NCBI GenBank assembly: GCA_951406725.2
Contig: OX597816.1
Location: 37,510,001 to 37,574,000, forward strand
Source: Octopus vulgaris
Taxonomy: Eukaryota
DNA: 64,000 nt
Direction of reading: 5' to 3'
Part shown: in pieces, positions 25,031 to 38,687 of the stretch
Position numbering within the stretch: position 1 is the first letter of the stretch
Layout: every line of letters begins with the position of its first letter
Notes under the pieces: generated by a model
Databases searched by the model: none
Told to the model about the DNA's origin: nothing
The model's input: only the letters and a program-made list of their open reading frames with translations
Position numbers and translations under genes: made by a program

Positions 25031-25270
25031 TATATATATATATACGCAATACGTTTTGTAGAATACAATTATATTTATTCTGCTGATGCCGTCTGCCATT
25101 TCACATTAATAGGATCTGTAAGATGACATGGTCTTCTATAATAAAAGGAATGATTTTTTTTTGATTTTTCGTATTGGAGGATCATGTTTTCTAACTAATC
25201 GTATTAATGTACGTACAAGTTTACATAACAGCAAGTAGCATGAAGAGAACATGTATTTATACGTGTGTAT

Positions 25271-25464
25271 AGTAAAAAGCTTGCTTTTCAACCACATGGT
25301 TCCTTGTTCAGTCTAACTGTGTGGCACCTTGGGAAAGTGTCTTCTCTAGCCTCGCGCCGACTAAAGCCTTATGAGTGGATTTGGTAGACGGAAACCCAAA
25401 AGAAGGCAGTCGTATATATATATATATATATATTTGGTAGACGGAAACCCAAAAGAAGGCAGTC

Positions 25465-25512
<48 letters not shown>

Positions 25513-25670
25513 GACTGCCTTCTTTTGGGTTTCCGTCTACCAAATCCACTCATAAGGCTTTAGTCGGCGCGAGGCTAGAGAAGACACTTTCCCAAGGTGC
25601 CACACAGTTAGACTGAACAAGGAACCATGTGGTTGAAAAGCAAGCTTTTTACTATACAGCCACGACTGTG
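25271..25670. mobile_element. Two inverted SINE A halves (fold-back) around a TA tract
   Basis: 25271-25413 is the reverse complement of 25510-25655. Confidence 0.8.
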
Positions 25671-26478
25671 TCTATGTATATATATATATATATATATTTA
25701 TACACACATACACACACACACACGCACATGGAGTCCTTGACTCCACTCTTCTGCGTAGCATCTTATGAAAATGTCATTCTCAGTAACCTCGAAACGACCG
25801 ATAGCTTATACGTAGAATTGTGTGGATGGAAACCCTTCGGTTAGAGTGCACCTGTAATTCAAATGTTCAGCCTTGTCACGCACTGTGTGATGTTGATTCT
25901 GCCTAACAACTATTTTGAGGGTATATATGCGCGCCGAACACACGAAGTCGATGAGCAGGTAATTCATTTGTTCGAACTATTGAATCTTTATCATAGACCG
26001 ATGGAGCCACCTCCCTACTTGTGTGTAGATGTGTAAGTGTATGCATGTGTATACGCATGTATGCACGTTTTTCTATCGATTAAGAGAAAACTATATCAAT
26101 GTATTTTGTGTATGTCGAACAGGGCAAAAGTACGCAATACGTTGTGTAGAATACAATTATATTTATTCTGCTGATGCCGTCTGCCATTTCACATTAATAG
26201 GATCTGTAAGATGACATGGTCTTCTATAATAAAAGGAATGATTTTTTTTTGATTTTTCGTATTGGAGGATCATGTCTTCTAACTAATCGTATTAATGTAC
26301 GTACAAGTTTACATAACAGCAAGTAGCATGAAGAGAACATGTATTTATACGTGTGTATGTGTATGTGTGGTTTATGTATATGCATGCATGTATAGGTGTA
26401 TGTGTGTGTACACATCACACATACATACATATATGTGCGTATATACATATATATACATACACACACATATACATATAA

Positions 26479-26509
<31 letters not shown>

Positions 26510-28104
26510 AATATGTATGTGTATATACATACATATATATATGTGTGTGTGTGTATTAGTATATGTATGTATACATGCATACAAATTGTAAGTTCCATTG
26601 TGGAGAGAATCTTGAATAACCATTTACTATTGCAATGTTTTCAGAAGAAAAATTTTAGCTTTAAATTCTCGAACTACAAGTCTTTTGCGTAACTCTTTAC
26701 ATGTTTTATGTGCTTAAGGTTACATGAATAGCCTTTTTGATGCTGCTTCACTTTCAGATATGTGCATATACTCATACTGTGAAGCACCTATTTACGGACA
26801 GGGCTTATTTAAAGAGAATCTACTTCGGAAATTATACACTAAAACTACAAAAGAAAATTATATCTTTCTATTGATTATTAGTTCACGTTAGGTATAATTC
26901 CACGGCTCTAGGTAATTATTTGCCATTATTCAGGATCAGAAATGCACAACCTACTTCCAATAAAAGGTAAGTAAATTGCTTTGCCATTGCTTGTTTTCGT
27001 TTTAAGTTAGGGCGCCATTTTTTCAGGTTGATTGATACATGTACGGATAATTAATGCGAAAGCTAAGCTAGTCGAATGTTAAGGATCATGTTTCACAATG
27101 TGATATCACAAACAGAGTAAACCTGATTAATATACGTGGTTAAGTCTCTTCTTAAAATGCAGCATGGAGGAAGAGGCTTAAATTTTTTTTTTTTTTTTTT
27201 TCTGATGAAGAAATTCTGTCGAATTTGACTGAAAGGTTGCTATTGCGAAGTAAATTCTATTGAAGTCATTTGCCATATGAATGATAAGTTTAAACAATGA
27301 CTATTAGATATATCTACACAAGAGTAAAGTAGAATGTAATCTCAGTTTTGAAAACTGGCATATCTAAACTGAATACATTAGGGGCCGCATAGAATTAGTT
27401 GTAAATTTCTAGCAAAATCAGTGTCCGTAGTTCAATAGTCGACTAAACCATAGAAGATGACGAAACCATACAAGTTTCTGATTCCTTTTTCTAAATGTAA
27501 TAAACATAGCGTATTTGTGCTCTGCAAATATATTAGCACACAAATTACGTGCATGAGGAATAAGAAGAAATGGCATCGTTCATATCATTTTTCAAAGCCT
27601 CCAAGACTTGTGGAAGGAAGAGTAGAAGTTGTCTTCAGATTAGACGTGGTCCGAATGCGTTCAACAGAGTCCTCTAAATACACATAGTGGTCATATGTTG
27701 GTGTTAAACTAGGTGACGAATTAAGTCTACCACCTAAGAACAAGTGTTGTCACTCTAGCAGGTTTTGACACTTTTTCATGTAGCACTTTTTATTTCACCC
27801 AAGGCTATTGTAAAAGACACTTGCCAAAGGTAAGCACGGAATAAAATCAAACCCGAAATTAAGAAACTGGAAAGCAAACTTTTCAATTATACGTCATTCT
27901 TATTTAATCACAAAGTTACAGCTTTGTAAAGGAATTTATACCTTTCTCGGTTTGTGATTTGAGTATTTCTGGCGTATGCGATACGATTTAATTTCAATGG
28001 GGAATTGAAACTAGTCAAGGAACATGACTCGGCAAAAGCTTAATTCTCGTTCCGCACAGCTGTCTACAAAATCAAACATAAACTGCGAAAGCAGTTGTTG
28101 TTTG

Positions 28105-28480
28105 ATTTTATCTTTTATCTTTCAGGTGTTCCAGTCATTGAACTGCGGCCATGCTGAGGCACAGTCTTGAAGGGTTTTATCGAACAAATCGACCCTAGTT
28201 CTTACATAAGTCTAGTACTTGTTCTTTTGCCAAACCACTAAGTTACGGGTACGTAAACAAACCAACACCGGTTTTCAAGAGGTTGAGATGGAGCAAACGC
28301 ATACACAAAGAAACACACTACATGTGAGATTTCACACAGTTTCTGTCAACCAAATTTATTCACAAGGCATTGGTCGGCCCGGGGTTATAGTGGAGGACAC
28401 TTGTTCAAGGTGCTGCGCAGTGGGACTGAAATTGAAACCACGTGGTTGCAAAGTGATCTTCTTAACCACGTAGTTATGCC
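28105..28480 (-). mobile_element. Diverged SINE family A copy
   Basis: GCAGTGGGACTGAA..CCACGTGGTTG head complement, GCGGCCATGCTG tail complement. Confidence 0.65.
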
Positions 28481-28571
28481 TATGGTTTTGTTTTTTTTAA
28501 TTAATTCATAAAGAAAATTTATAATGACGCATATATTGATTCATTGAAAAAATAAGTAATAATTCATGAAA

Positions 28572-29088
28572 TTTTATAAAAGGAAACGTAACGTTTTTAT
28601 GTTCGTTAACTCCTCCTAGGTCGTTGGTGCAAGGACAACGAAACTGAAACCAGCAAATTCGCTTACCCCAGGGAATGTCTTAAGGGAGTCTATTTTTTTT
28701 AAGGGCCGCCTAATTGAAGCCCCGCTGACCCCCTATTTTTACTCCATTTTAAAACTAAATACATGGCATTGGCGACCAAATCGGAGCAAAGGCAATGAAT
28801 TTCACAACATGAACTCCTAGGGAGTATCGTAAGGAGGTTCAATTTCTGAAGGGTCGCTTAAATGGGGAGCCACTGACTCCCCTTCCTATTTTTACTGCAT
28901 TTACCTTGCTCCTACGCTTATTGGTTAAACTATGATCAGCATCAGTGCTTAGCACATTTGCAGCAATAAGTTTCATCACACAAGGATAGAGGGCCACAAA
29001 GCAGCTTGATAGTGGGAGCCGAAGGCCCCAAAAGTGTCCTCCGTAGGAGCTAGCCTGAATGCTGCCCGAAGGGCTGCTTCAAGGCTAG
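28572..29088 (+). mobile_element. Probable non-autonomous Helitron-like element
   Basis: Ends in GC hairpin (GCCCGAAGGGC) followed by CTAG|T; internal ~150-bp imperfect duplication; 5' boundary uncertain. Confidence 0.45.
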
Positions 29089-29893
29089 TATTATATAAAT
29101 CATTAATCTAAAGCAAAATATTGTGTACTTAACTGTGTATTTATTCCAAAGTCTAACAAAGGAAATATTTTCTTAGTATGGAAGCAAGCATGTCATTGCA
29201 GTGGTTACTGCTGGTGGTGGTGGTGGTGGTGTTTCGTGTTTATGTAGTATATCTTATAAAAGCTTACCGAATACTTACTACTACTACCACTGAGATCTGC
29301 ACCTGCAGTTAGCTTCACTCTCCAAGTTGCCCACAAGGTATGAGTTAAACTCGCATTGCAAGCTAACAAAACATCCATGAAACCGGGCACCTACTTAAAC
29401 ATTAATCCTTTATATTCAATACTACTTTACAAGTAGTACTCTTCTATAAACTGTACTCCTGTATAAACAATACTCTTCTCGCTTACAACAAGGACTTGTA
29501 CCGTTTTCATAGTACGTATTTATAAACAGGAGGAGGACTAACCAAGCGAATGTTTAGCACTATGGTCATGGAAATAGAGCAATGTTGGTTTTTCAGTTCG
29601 GTTATTTACTGCCAATCACTAATAAAAAGAGTGTACACAATGTCCAAACTGTCATACTTCGGTCCATACGATTCAGAAGTGTATGGCAGTTACTATATGG
29701 TAGTATGGCAATTAACATATAAGTGGAAGATAGATATGAGAGTCACACCATGTCATTCGATCAACTGTGGAAAGCCTGTAAACAAAAGGGTCTTCTCTTC
29801 GTCATCCTTCAAGCAATTATTGACCTTTCAAATTCTAAGTCTTGCAGATTTTTGTTGTCCCGGATATCATGATCTTTTACCGTGTACGAATAA

Positions 29894-32574
29894 CATTGGG
29901 TTACAAATTTTCACAAACGTTTTGGTTATCTTATTGTTTTGAATGATCGTAATGCAGAATTTGGTGCTGATTCCAAAAATGTGTTTATTTTTTCTCTACC
30001 ATCGACCGTTGCGAGATATATCGAATTATGCTAATATCCACATATCATCACACATCATACATACATCATATATATCATCATACATCACATATCATATACA
30101 CATATCTGGCAACTGCCTGTGTAAACAAAAGCTCTAACATAACTTGAACACATGTTGTTGCGTGACGTAACTCTTGTTGTAAAACATATTTTTCTACTCT
30201 ACTAATAAATCTACTAAACAAATAAATCTACTAATAAATCATTCATTCTTAAAGTTTATATTTTACCTCCATTATTCATATAAAAGTACTGAAATGTTTA
30301 AGTGAAAAGACAATGTCGTCACCGTTTTCTGCTACATACAACAGACTCAACAGAGACGCCTCAGTGCTCTTGTGGCTACCATAGCTAGTGAAAGGAAGTG
30401 TTGTGCTTCTGTCTCTCATCTCTCCATTTTTGTCCGGCGTTCCATTTGGTTTTGGGGTTATACTTGTTTGATTGCTGTCAGATCACGAGTTCTGTACAGT
30501 TGTCACTTATATGTCTTTCTTTTTCAGGTTTTTATTGCAAACATCGAATTTTTGTGATCATGGCTACAAGAGGATGCAGAAATTCACTAGATATATTCTG
30601 TTATGTGTGTGGATACTATGTTGGAAGAAAGCATGTAGCATATAAAATTGTGAAGGTTTGGGGTTGCTTATAGACTATATTTTGGAATGAGTAGGGGTGA
30701 CCAAAGAAAACTATGGGCCTCTCTTGTGATATATGGAACTTGTAGATCAAATTTAGATAGATGGCTTAGAGATGCAAGGAAAGCAATGCTTTTTGCTGTT
30801 CCGAGAGTTTGGTGAGAGCCAAAACATCATCACGATGATTGCTATTTTTGCACGGTTGGTATATCAAAGTACAAAAGGGTTAAGGGAAGAAAAGCCCTTC
30901 CGTATCCGAGTATTAAATCCTCCATTGCACCTGTGCCACATGATGATAACTTGCCGGTTCCACGGCCGCCAGAAAATGTTAGTACATTCTATCAACGTGT
31001 TAATAAATTTAAATTCCATTTATGGAAACAGAATCAATATTGAAATATGTGATTACACATAAAATTGTTATTAAAGTTTCAACTATTAAATGCAACCTTT
31101 TAAATTTTTCAGGTAGAGGATACGAAGGAGGTCTCAGCAGGAGTGTCTGAAGGTGGCGACAATGAAACATTTGAGCCAGGAACGTGTACTTGCCCACACT
31201 TTCCAGATCAACGTAAACTGGATGATTTCATTAGGGACTTTGGTTTCACTAAGTCAGGAGCTGAACCTTTAGCATCCAGGTTGAATGAATGGAATCTCTT
31301 GGGGAAGAACTGAAGATTAAAAGCATTCAGGAGGCGCCATGAGCAATTCAAATTATACTTAAGTGAGGATCTCTGCTTCTGCAAAGATATAAATGGCTTG
31401 TTTACAGCGATTGGAATTAATCACAACCCTGAAGAATGGTGACTTTTCATAGATAGCTAAACAAAAAGCCTCAAAGCCGCTTTATTGCATAATATAAATT
31501 AGCATCCATCCTTACCTATTTCATACTCAATACAGATGAAGGAAGAATATTACAATGTAAAAGAGCTTCTTGAGAAAGTAAACTATGATAAGTTTAAATG
31601 GAATGTTTGTGGTGACTTTAAAATGTTTGCTTTCTTTACTTGGATTACAGGGTGGGTACACTAAGTATTCGTATTTTCTTTACCTATGGGACAGTAGGGC
31701 TGATCATGAACTTTATCAAAAGGCTGAGTGGCCCCAACGAGATGATCACCAGCCAGGAAAGCTAAATAAGACAACCTCTTGTAGAGCCTGCAAAAGTGTT
31801 GTTACCTCCACTTCATATAAAGCTGGGTTTAGTCAAACAGTTTGTAAAGGCTTTAGATAGTGGTGGAGAAGCATTTCAAGTGATTCGTCAGCTCTTTCAA
31901 AAGCTATCTGAGGCAAAAGTTAAGGGTGGTGGTATATTTACTGGTCCGCAAATAAAGAAAATGTTGAGGTCAGTAAAATTTGAAAATGAGATGAGTGATC
32001 TAGAAAGAGAGGCATGGTGCGCATTTCGAGATATTGTCAATGGATTCCTTGGTAGTAACAAAGACCCAAACTACAAGCAGCTCGCAGCAATTTTTGCATT
32101 CGCATTTCGACTTTTTTCTTGAAAACTTAGGCCAAGTTAGTGAGGAACATGGTGAGATATTCCATTAGGATTTTGCTACAATGGAAAAAATACCAAGGAA
32201 GATGGAACACTGCAAATGATGGGGTACTATATATGGTCATTGGTGCATACAGATATAGGAGCTCACAGGAGGAGAACACGATCTTCAGGGCATTTCTAGT
32301 AAACTCTTATAATCTCATCAGAGTTTTGCTTACATTTCTAATTAGTTTTAAAATAACTAAGACAAAATATTTTTAGTTCCAATTAATGTACAATGTGAAT
32401 AAGTTGAATAAAGTACTATCGCAGCTAAATTTTGTTTTTATCTCTAGAAAACCGCAATTATCTCTCAAAATATCGATGCTATGCAATTTTCAAAGGTAGT
32501 TTTGAAATTAGCAGAAAGAATTACCTTAGAAACACTAAAAACATCCAGAGAAGTAAAACTTGTGTTACCCAGTG
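29894..32574 (+). mobile_element. Chapaev3 (CMC superfamily) DNA transposon, degenerate, TAA TSD
   Basis: Termini TAA|CA(T)TGGG...CCCAGTG|TAA; transposase motifs CRNSLDIFCYVCG, EPKHHHDDCYFC, GLQGGYTKY..F.YLWDSR, LPPLHIKLGLVKQFVKAL, SEEHGE..H, YQGRW. Confidence 0.8.
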
Positions 32575-32899
32575 TAACTGAGCCGCATTCTATCTCCAAG
32601 AATCCACTTTCATCCATGTATGCATAAATATATGTATGTCATTATTCAGTTTATTTCTAGATTCTTGCCAATAGAGAAAGAACTGGTTTCTAACCTAGAT
32701 CCAAGGTTCCTTCATTGGAATTTTCAACATCAACAACAGGGTATTTTTCTATGGTACGTACGTACGTATGTATGTATGTATGTATGTATGTATGTATGTA
32801 TGTATGTATGTATGTATGTATGTATGTATGTATGTATGTATGTATGTATGTGTGTATGTATGTATTTATGTTTTATGTATGTATTCTCATGCATAGAGT

Positions 32900-33320
32900 T
32901 ACATATCTAGACATACTCATATATATTTAAATGATAAACTTTTGGAAAATTTTACAGATATTTACAGTACCAGTGATGGATTGGATCTCTAGCCTTCGAA
33001 TTAGCTTTCTCCTTTCTAGTTTTGAGAAGCCTAATTTCTCAATATTGGTATATAGGCAGTGTGTTACATATTCCAGGGCCCCAATAATTACAAGTATAAA
33101 CCTGAACTTGTAATCTGAATAGAGTAACTGTAGATTTCTCAATAGTTCAGCATAGGTGTTCTATTTTTCCCTGATCTTCAGCTTTATGTTAACATCGGCT
33201 AGGCAAATAATTTTCACAATTGTGCACAGTTTCTCTTCTCAATCCCAAAATCATTATATCAGGTCTGTTGTGCTTACATTTTATTGAGGTCTTCACTGGT
33301 ACATTCCACCGGTATTCGTA
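32900..33320 (-). mobile_element. Dong/R4-clade 3' fragment embedded in (TACA)n
   Basis: WNVPVKTSIKCKHNRPDIMI...YAELLRNLQLLY..YKF.FI.VIIGAL; (CATA)n on both sides. Confidence 0.78.
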
Positions 33321-34514
33321 TATATGTATGTACTGTATGTATGTATGTATGTATGATGTATGTATGTATGTATTGTGTATTTTCCCAAGATGCACGGTCT
33401 CTTAGCTAAATAACATACTTTGAGAGTGAAATTGAGTCGGTGGAAAAGTACTTTTAATTCAAAAGTACAACCTTTTCACACACACTCACCCACTCACACA
33501 CACACACACATACACATACTCACGTATATCGTATACACAGCGTCAAGCTGTTTCTACTTAAGAATTACGATTAATAGTACACATGTCCGTGGAATGATCT
33601 ATCACTTAAGGTTAATTCAAAGAGCAAGTATTTCATTTGACCAAACAGCTAACTCTTTATGGAGAAACTTGACCACGGATTGAACTATGCGTGTTTATGA
33701 TCGTTTGTATCAATATGTATAAATTTTTCTTTGATATTTGTTTAAATGTTTCTTAGCGGGATTCAAGCCAGTCACAAAGTGACAAATCTGTTTATTTCGT
33801 TTATCTTTAATCAAGATTCTTCCAGAGAGTTGTGTGAATATGTATGTGACTTGATTTGAATATGTATGTTGGTGTATGTAGATATATTTGCACTTCTTAT
33901 TCATTTATTACTCTTTATATATGTATATGTGTAAGCCATGTACACATACGTGGTTGTATGAATATCTATCTCCAGGAAGTTCGGACGGGTATAATTAGAA
34001 TATTTTTAAAATTATCCAAATCAAATACCCTCGATTTTGTTTGGAAAATATGAACGTTTTGTTCTTTCTTTGGAAAAACACCAGGATTTCCAGGCTTTAA
34101 TCCAAATTTCTTGTTCCACTGCCCAATGATGCATTGATTATAAGCATAAGTAATAGTACACAGCCAAATCCCAGAAACTGCATATTCTGCATTAGTTTGT
34201 GAAAGATGATCTCTTTTCCCACATATCTTGATGTGATATTCATATCAACTTGACAACATAAACTTCGTTCAGTGGCAGATTTGTTGTGTTTGCTGCTATA
34301 TATTGGTAAGTTTTAACAGTATTCCTCATTTTATGTAGTTGAAATGCTATCCTGTGGATAGCTCTGTTACTAGTTTTGACAATATCATATCTCATGAGAA
34401 GGTAGTGCCTATTGAACGTCTAGAGCAGCTGTTGATAATGTGGGTGATATCTCCCACATAGGTATAGCACAATCGATATTTTTTATACTAAGAAATTTAG
34501 AGGATTCATTGGAA

Positions 34515-34825
34515 GCACTCCGTCGGTTACGACGACGAGGGTTCCGGTTGATCCGATCAACGGAACAGCCTGCTCGTGAAATTAACGTGCAAGTGGCTGA
34601 GCACTCCACAGACACGTGTACCCTTAACGTAGTTCTCGGGGATATTCAGCGTGACACAGAGAGTGACAAGGCCGGCCCTTTGAAATACAGGTACAACAGA
34701 AACAGGAAGTAAGAGCGAGAGAAAGTTGTGGTGAAAGAGTACAGCAGGGATCACCACCATCCCTGCCGGAGCCTCGTGGAGCTTCAGGTGTTTTCGCTCA
34801 ATAAACACTCACAATGCCCGGTCTG
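34515..34825 (-). mobile_element. SINE family C (tail type 2), head truncated
   Basis: Near-identical to 39717-40027. Confidence 0.82.
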
Positions 34826-34981
34826 TACAGTTGTTCTATGTGACACAACAATAGCCGGACCAACCTAGAGAAACAGAAATATAGGAGTAAGATCACCATA
34901 GCAGTAGAAAGCTTTGCGGGGCTACATATCCCACAATCTAGAAGATACCAATGAAGTTGATAGAAAGTGTTGCCTCTCCTG

Positions 34982-35072
34982 TAGGTAGGTAGGTAGGTAG
35001 GTAGGTAGGTAGGTAGGTAGGTAGATAGACAGACAGACAGGCAGACAGACAGACAGACAGACAGACAGACAC

Positions 35073-35152
<80 letters not shown>

Positions 35153-35158
35153 GCAGAC

Positions 35159-35197
<39 letters not shown>

Positions 35198-35205
35198 TAG
35201 ATAGT

Positions 35206-35281
<76 letters not shown>

Positions 35282-35285
35282 TAGA
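34982..35285. repeat. (TAGG)/(GACA)/(GATA)n compound microsatellite
   Basis: Directly visible. Confidence 0.95.
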
Positions 35286-35632
35286 CACATGTGTCACTTG
35301 CAAGTATGAACTGGTAGCTTGCACCGTGCTTTAGGTAACTGCTTTAGGTGCCTATGTAGTCACAAACAGACATAAACACTATCTTGACTCTCCTACCCCT
35401 GTACCACCGGAACATAGAACTGGAGAGGGGGAGAGATGCACCGGTACTCGGTTACTACTCATTTCAGCTGAGTGAATTGGAGCAATTTAATACGAGGTGC
35501 CCTGCTCGAGCATACAACGCATCACTACTCAGTTTAGAAAATCGATCCCGCGATTTCACGGTTGTGAGCTCAACCTACAAACTATTAACTATGAATTATG
35601 TGTATGCATGCATGTGTATACGTACGTTGCCC

Positions 35633-35716
<84 letters not shown>

Positions 35717-35752
35717 AGAGAGAGAGAGAAAGAGAGAGTATTATATAAGTGC

Positions 35753-35787
<35 letters not shown>

Positions 35788-36171
35788 AATATATATACAT
35801 ATATATTTGTTTGCTTGTTATCAGTCGTAAGACACCTGTTGTTTTCACCGTTAATGCTTCTGTATTTCATGTTTCTGTATTCCATTATTGTTTTTTGTTT
35901 TTTTATATCTGTCCCTTTTGCTGTCCTGGTGTTCGTATGCATTCGATCCTTCTTCCAGGAAATCTACGCTTCCAGCTTAGTTTTTCTAATGCTCGTTGCT
36001 TAGTTTTTCTTGGAGGGCTGGCCGTGATCTAGTAATCTCAAGATTAATCAGCCGAAATTACTACGATGATCCGGTTCTTGACTGAAGACTGAGGGTTTCG
36101 AATGTCCTGTCCGTGTTTATTGTATCGTCTTCTAAGAGTTATACGTTCTTGTCCATGTTGTATTTTTCTAC

Positions 36172-36280
<109 letters not shown>

Positions 36281-36334
36281 CTGTAATTGTTCCACGTGTT
36301 GTTGTTTTTTCTGTTTTCCCGTTTGGATTAACCT

Positions 36335-36406
<72 letters not shown>

Positions 36407-36760
36407 CATACATACATACATACATACATACATACATACATACATACATACATACATACATACATACATACACACATTCATACATGTGTGTGTGTGTTGT
36501 ATGAATTGAGATGAGGATTCTGATAGAATCAGGTACTTGAAAGGTATGCTCCAGGTAAGGTTAAGTGATGACTGTGGTTCCGGCCAAATGGTTCGTTGGA
36601 GTCGAGATATCGGTAGCATATTTCGGTTTTGTAGACAGAGAAAACTAACCCTGTGAGTATTCGGTGCCTAAGGGGCTTGTCCACGTTACGCGTTACTTTG
36701 AGCAGTACATTCTTGGTATACTCTAGCGTGTCCGCCAAGTGGTAAATTCCCTTACTGTAT

Positions 36761-37012
36761 TATAATCAAATGAATAAGAACGCACGATGGATAACTTTGT
36801 TGGTCATTTCCCTTTTCATAGTTCTGCCTCGACAGACACATCTCTGCTGCATTCCTGGGATACTCCTTCATTCTGTAAAAACTATGTTCTCATCTGATAA
36901 TTATGGTCTTTCATAATGATGTAATGTTTTCATTTTTCATTCAAAATTACGTAAGAAACAGCTGTAACGAGCTGACACTTATCCATCGTGCGTTTTTATT
37001 CAGTTGATTATA
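36761..37012. mobile_element. MITE with ~34-bp TIRs, TA ends
   Basis: TATAATCAAATGAATAAGAACGCACGATGGATAA / TTATCCATCGTGCGTTTTTATTCAGTTGATTATA. Confidence 0.7.
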
Positions 37013-37029
37013 ATATATGTTATATGTAA

Positions 37030-38081
37030 AGCGGCGATCTGGCAGAAATGCTAGCACGCCGGGCAAAATGCTTAGCGGTACTTCGTCTGCCGCTTTGTCT
37101 GTCCTTGTTTGTCCCCTCTGTGTTTAGCCCCTTGTGGGTAGTAAAGAAATAGGTACTTCGTCTGCCGCTACGTTCTGAGTCCAAATTCCGCCGAGGTCGA
37201 CTTTGCCTTTCATCCTTTCGGGGTCGAAAAATTAAGTACCAGTTACGCACTGGGGTCAATGTAATCGACCTAATCCCTTTGTCTGCTTGTTTGTCCCCTC
37301 TGTGTTTAGCCCCCTGTGGGTAGTAAAGAAATAGGTATTTCGTCTGCCGCTACGTTCTGAGTTCAAATTCCGCCGAGGTCGACTTTGCCTTTCATCCTTT
37401 CGGGGTCGATTAAATAAGTACCAGTTACGCACTGGGGTCGATATAATCGACTTAATCCGTTTGTTTGTCCTTGTTTGTCCTCTCTGTGTTTAGCCCCTTG
37501 TGGGTAGTAAAGAAATAGGTATTTCGTCTGCCGCTACGTTCTGAGTTCAAATTCAGCCGAGGTCGACTTTGCCTTTCATCCTTTCGGGGTCGAAAAATTA
37601 AGTACCAGTTACGCACTGGGGTCAATGTAATCGACCTAATCCCTTTGTCTGTCCTTGTTTGTCCCCTCTGTGTTTAGCCCCTTGTGGGTAGTAAAGAAAT
37701 AGGTACTTCGTCTGCCGCTACGTTCCGAGTTCAAATTCCGCCGAGGTCGACTTTGCCTTTCATCCTTTCGGGGTCGATTAAATAAGTACCAGTTACGCAC
37801 TGGGGTCGATATAATCGACTTAATCCGTTTGTTTGTCCTTGTTTGTCCTCTCTGTGTTTAGCCCCTTGTGGGTAGTAAAGAAATAGGTACGTTCTGAGTT
37901 CAAATTCAGCCGAGGTCGACTTTGCCTTTCATCCTTTCGGGATCGAAAAATTAAGTACCAGTTACGCACTGGGGTCGATGTAATCGACCTAATCCCTTTG
38001 TCTGTCCTTGTTTGTCCCTTCTGTGTTTAGCCCCTTGTGAGTAGTAAAGAAATAGGTATTTCGTCTACCGCTACGTTCTGA
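37030..38081 (+). repeat. Tandem array of SINE family B (~184-bp units, one head plus five bodies)
   Basis: Junctions GAAATA|GGTA at ~37152, 37334, 37518, 37702, 37886, 38055. Confidence 0.92.
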
Positions 38082-38622
38082 ATTTTACTTTTCAGGGAAG
38101 ATGAATTAAGTACCAGTTGCGTACTGATGTCGATCTAATCGATTGGCCTCCTCCCCCAAAATTTCGGGCCTTGTGCTTAGAGAGGAAAAGAATATATGTT
38201 GTATGTATACAAAACATGTTCTTAGCTACGCACAGAATTGAAAACAATCTCTTATTTTCTAATTCTGGGCTTTGAATTTTTAGTATTTGATACACATCGA
38301 AACCGGTAATATTTTATAAAAGTCTGTTAATGTAACAAATATAGAAATAGTTATCCTACCAGATTAAAGGAAAAAGAAGTAAAAAAATCTTTACACATAC
38401 TTCCGGGTTGTGTCCATCTTTACTTTTTACCTATAACCTTTGATTTGCGTGAATGTTTAACCCCCCTTGCAACTATATATATATATATATATATAGCAAT
38501 TAAGGACAACCACTTAATAAGGAAAACTTAACAAGAAATTGTCAGGTAGATAGCGTAAAAACCTCATAAGAGAATAAATTTCGAAAATAATTATTTCTTA
38601 TTGAACATATTAATTTATATAT

Positions 38623-38687
<65 letters not shown>

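Noticed and set aside
25030-33320. Single Dong element broken by an 8-kb inversion
   Set aside because: The two pieces overlap by ~75 bp with several differences, better explained as separate copies
36075-36110. CTGAAGA...CGAATGTC as a hammerhead
   Set aside because: Lacks the GAAA box and a convincing stem II
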